25,633 nt of DNA from IMG/VR virus record IMGVR_UViG_3300045998_000057, positions 1 to 25,633 of that record; one strand, 5' to 3'. Below are positions 25,426 to 25,633 of the stretch, piece after piece. The translations under genes were made by a program, and so were the position numbers. Source of the DNA: a virus (Duplodnaviria > Caudoviricetes). Below the pieces are notes generated by a model that was not told where the DNA came from, searched no databases, and saw only the letters and a program-made list of their open reading frames with translations. Numbering within the stretch: position 1 is the first letter of the stretch; every line of letters begins with the position of its first letter.

Positions 25426-25632
25426 CTATCGCGCGGCTCGATGTCTCGTTGATCCGAGCGAACCGTGACACGAGGGACACAGCGTCCGGTACCCCCACGT
25501 CGGATCGCCAGCGACGAGATGATCGAGGTGCAGTGGTGGGGCGTCAGTACCGCACCCCTCGCAAACGTCCCCCAGGTAGAGACGACGGTCCCGCTCATGC
25601 GCTGCGCCGTAGCCACGTTGTCGGCGCCCCTC
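25426..25632 (-). CDS. terminase-associated HNH endonuclease (gp74-like), 5'-partial
   Basis: Not in the ORF track; hand translation ...RRQRGYGAAHERDRRLYLGDVCEGCG...LHLDHLVAGDPTWGYRTLCPSCHGSLGSTRHRAAR*. Confidence 0.85.
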   Translation of the reverse strand, partial: EGRRQRGYGAAHERDRRLYLGDVCEGCGTDAPPLHLDHLVAGDPTWGYRTLCPSCHGSLGSTRHRAAR

Positions 25633-25633
25633 G

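Noticed and set aside
25317-25616. N-terminal 100 aa of the 517-aa methyltransferase ORF
   Set aside because: It overlaps the HNH gene in another frame and the putative cos gap; ATG 25316 has an RBS.
1-25633. Stop-codon reassignment
   Set aside because: TAA, TAG and TGA all terminate genes at tight junctions, and genes are intact under the standard code.

Overview
This GC-rich window is about 25.6 kb of an HK97-like siphovirus genome, with every credible gene on the minus strand. Read in transcription order (right to left) it holds: a partial HNH gene, a putative cos region, a ParB/DNA-methyltransferase fusion, terS, terL, a small membrane protein and a portal. The portal carries a C-terminal HExxH zinc-metallopeptidase domain (anthrax-LF/Pro-Pro endopeptidase-like) and is followed by a small translationally coupled ORF. 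Next come a protease-major capsid fusion with three in-frame starts and a ~6 kb block of fibre, lectin and beta-helix genes between capsid and neck. The tail module follows: head-tail adaptor, terminator, major tail protein, chaperone with a -1 slippery site, tape measure and a tail-tip protein. After a hairpin there is a leaderless-promoter early operon (XRE HTH, wHTH, a repeat protein with its partner, a mini zinc finger, an ERF recombinase). No integrase, repressor, lysin, tRNA or CRISPR was seen. The host cannot be determined; Actinomycetota or Chloroflexota is only a guess. The most novel-looking element is the portal-peptidase/small-ORF cassette. All family calls come from motif recognition by eye, not from database searches.
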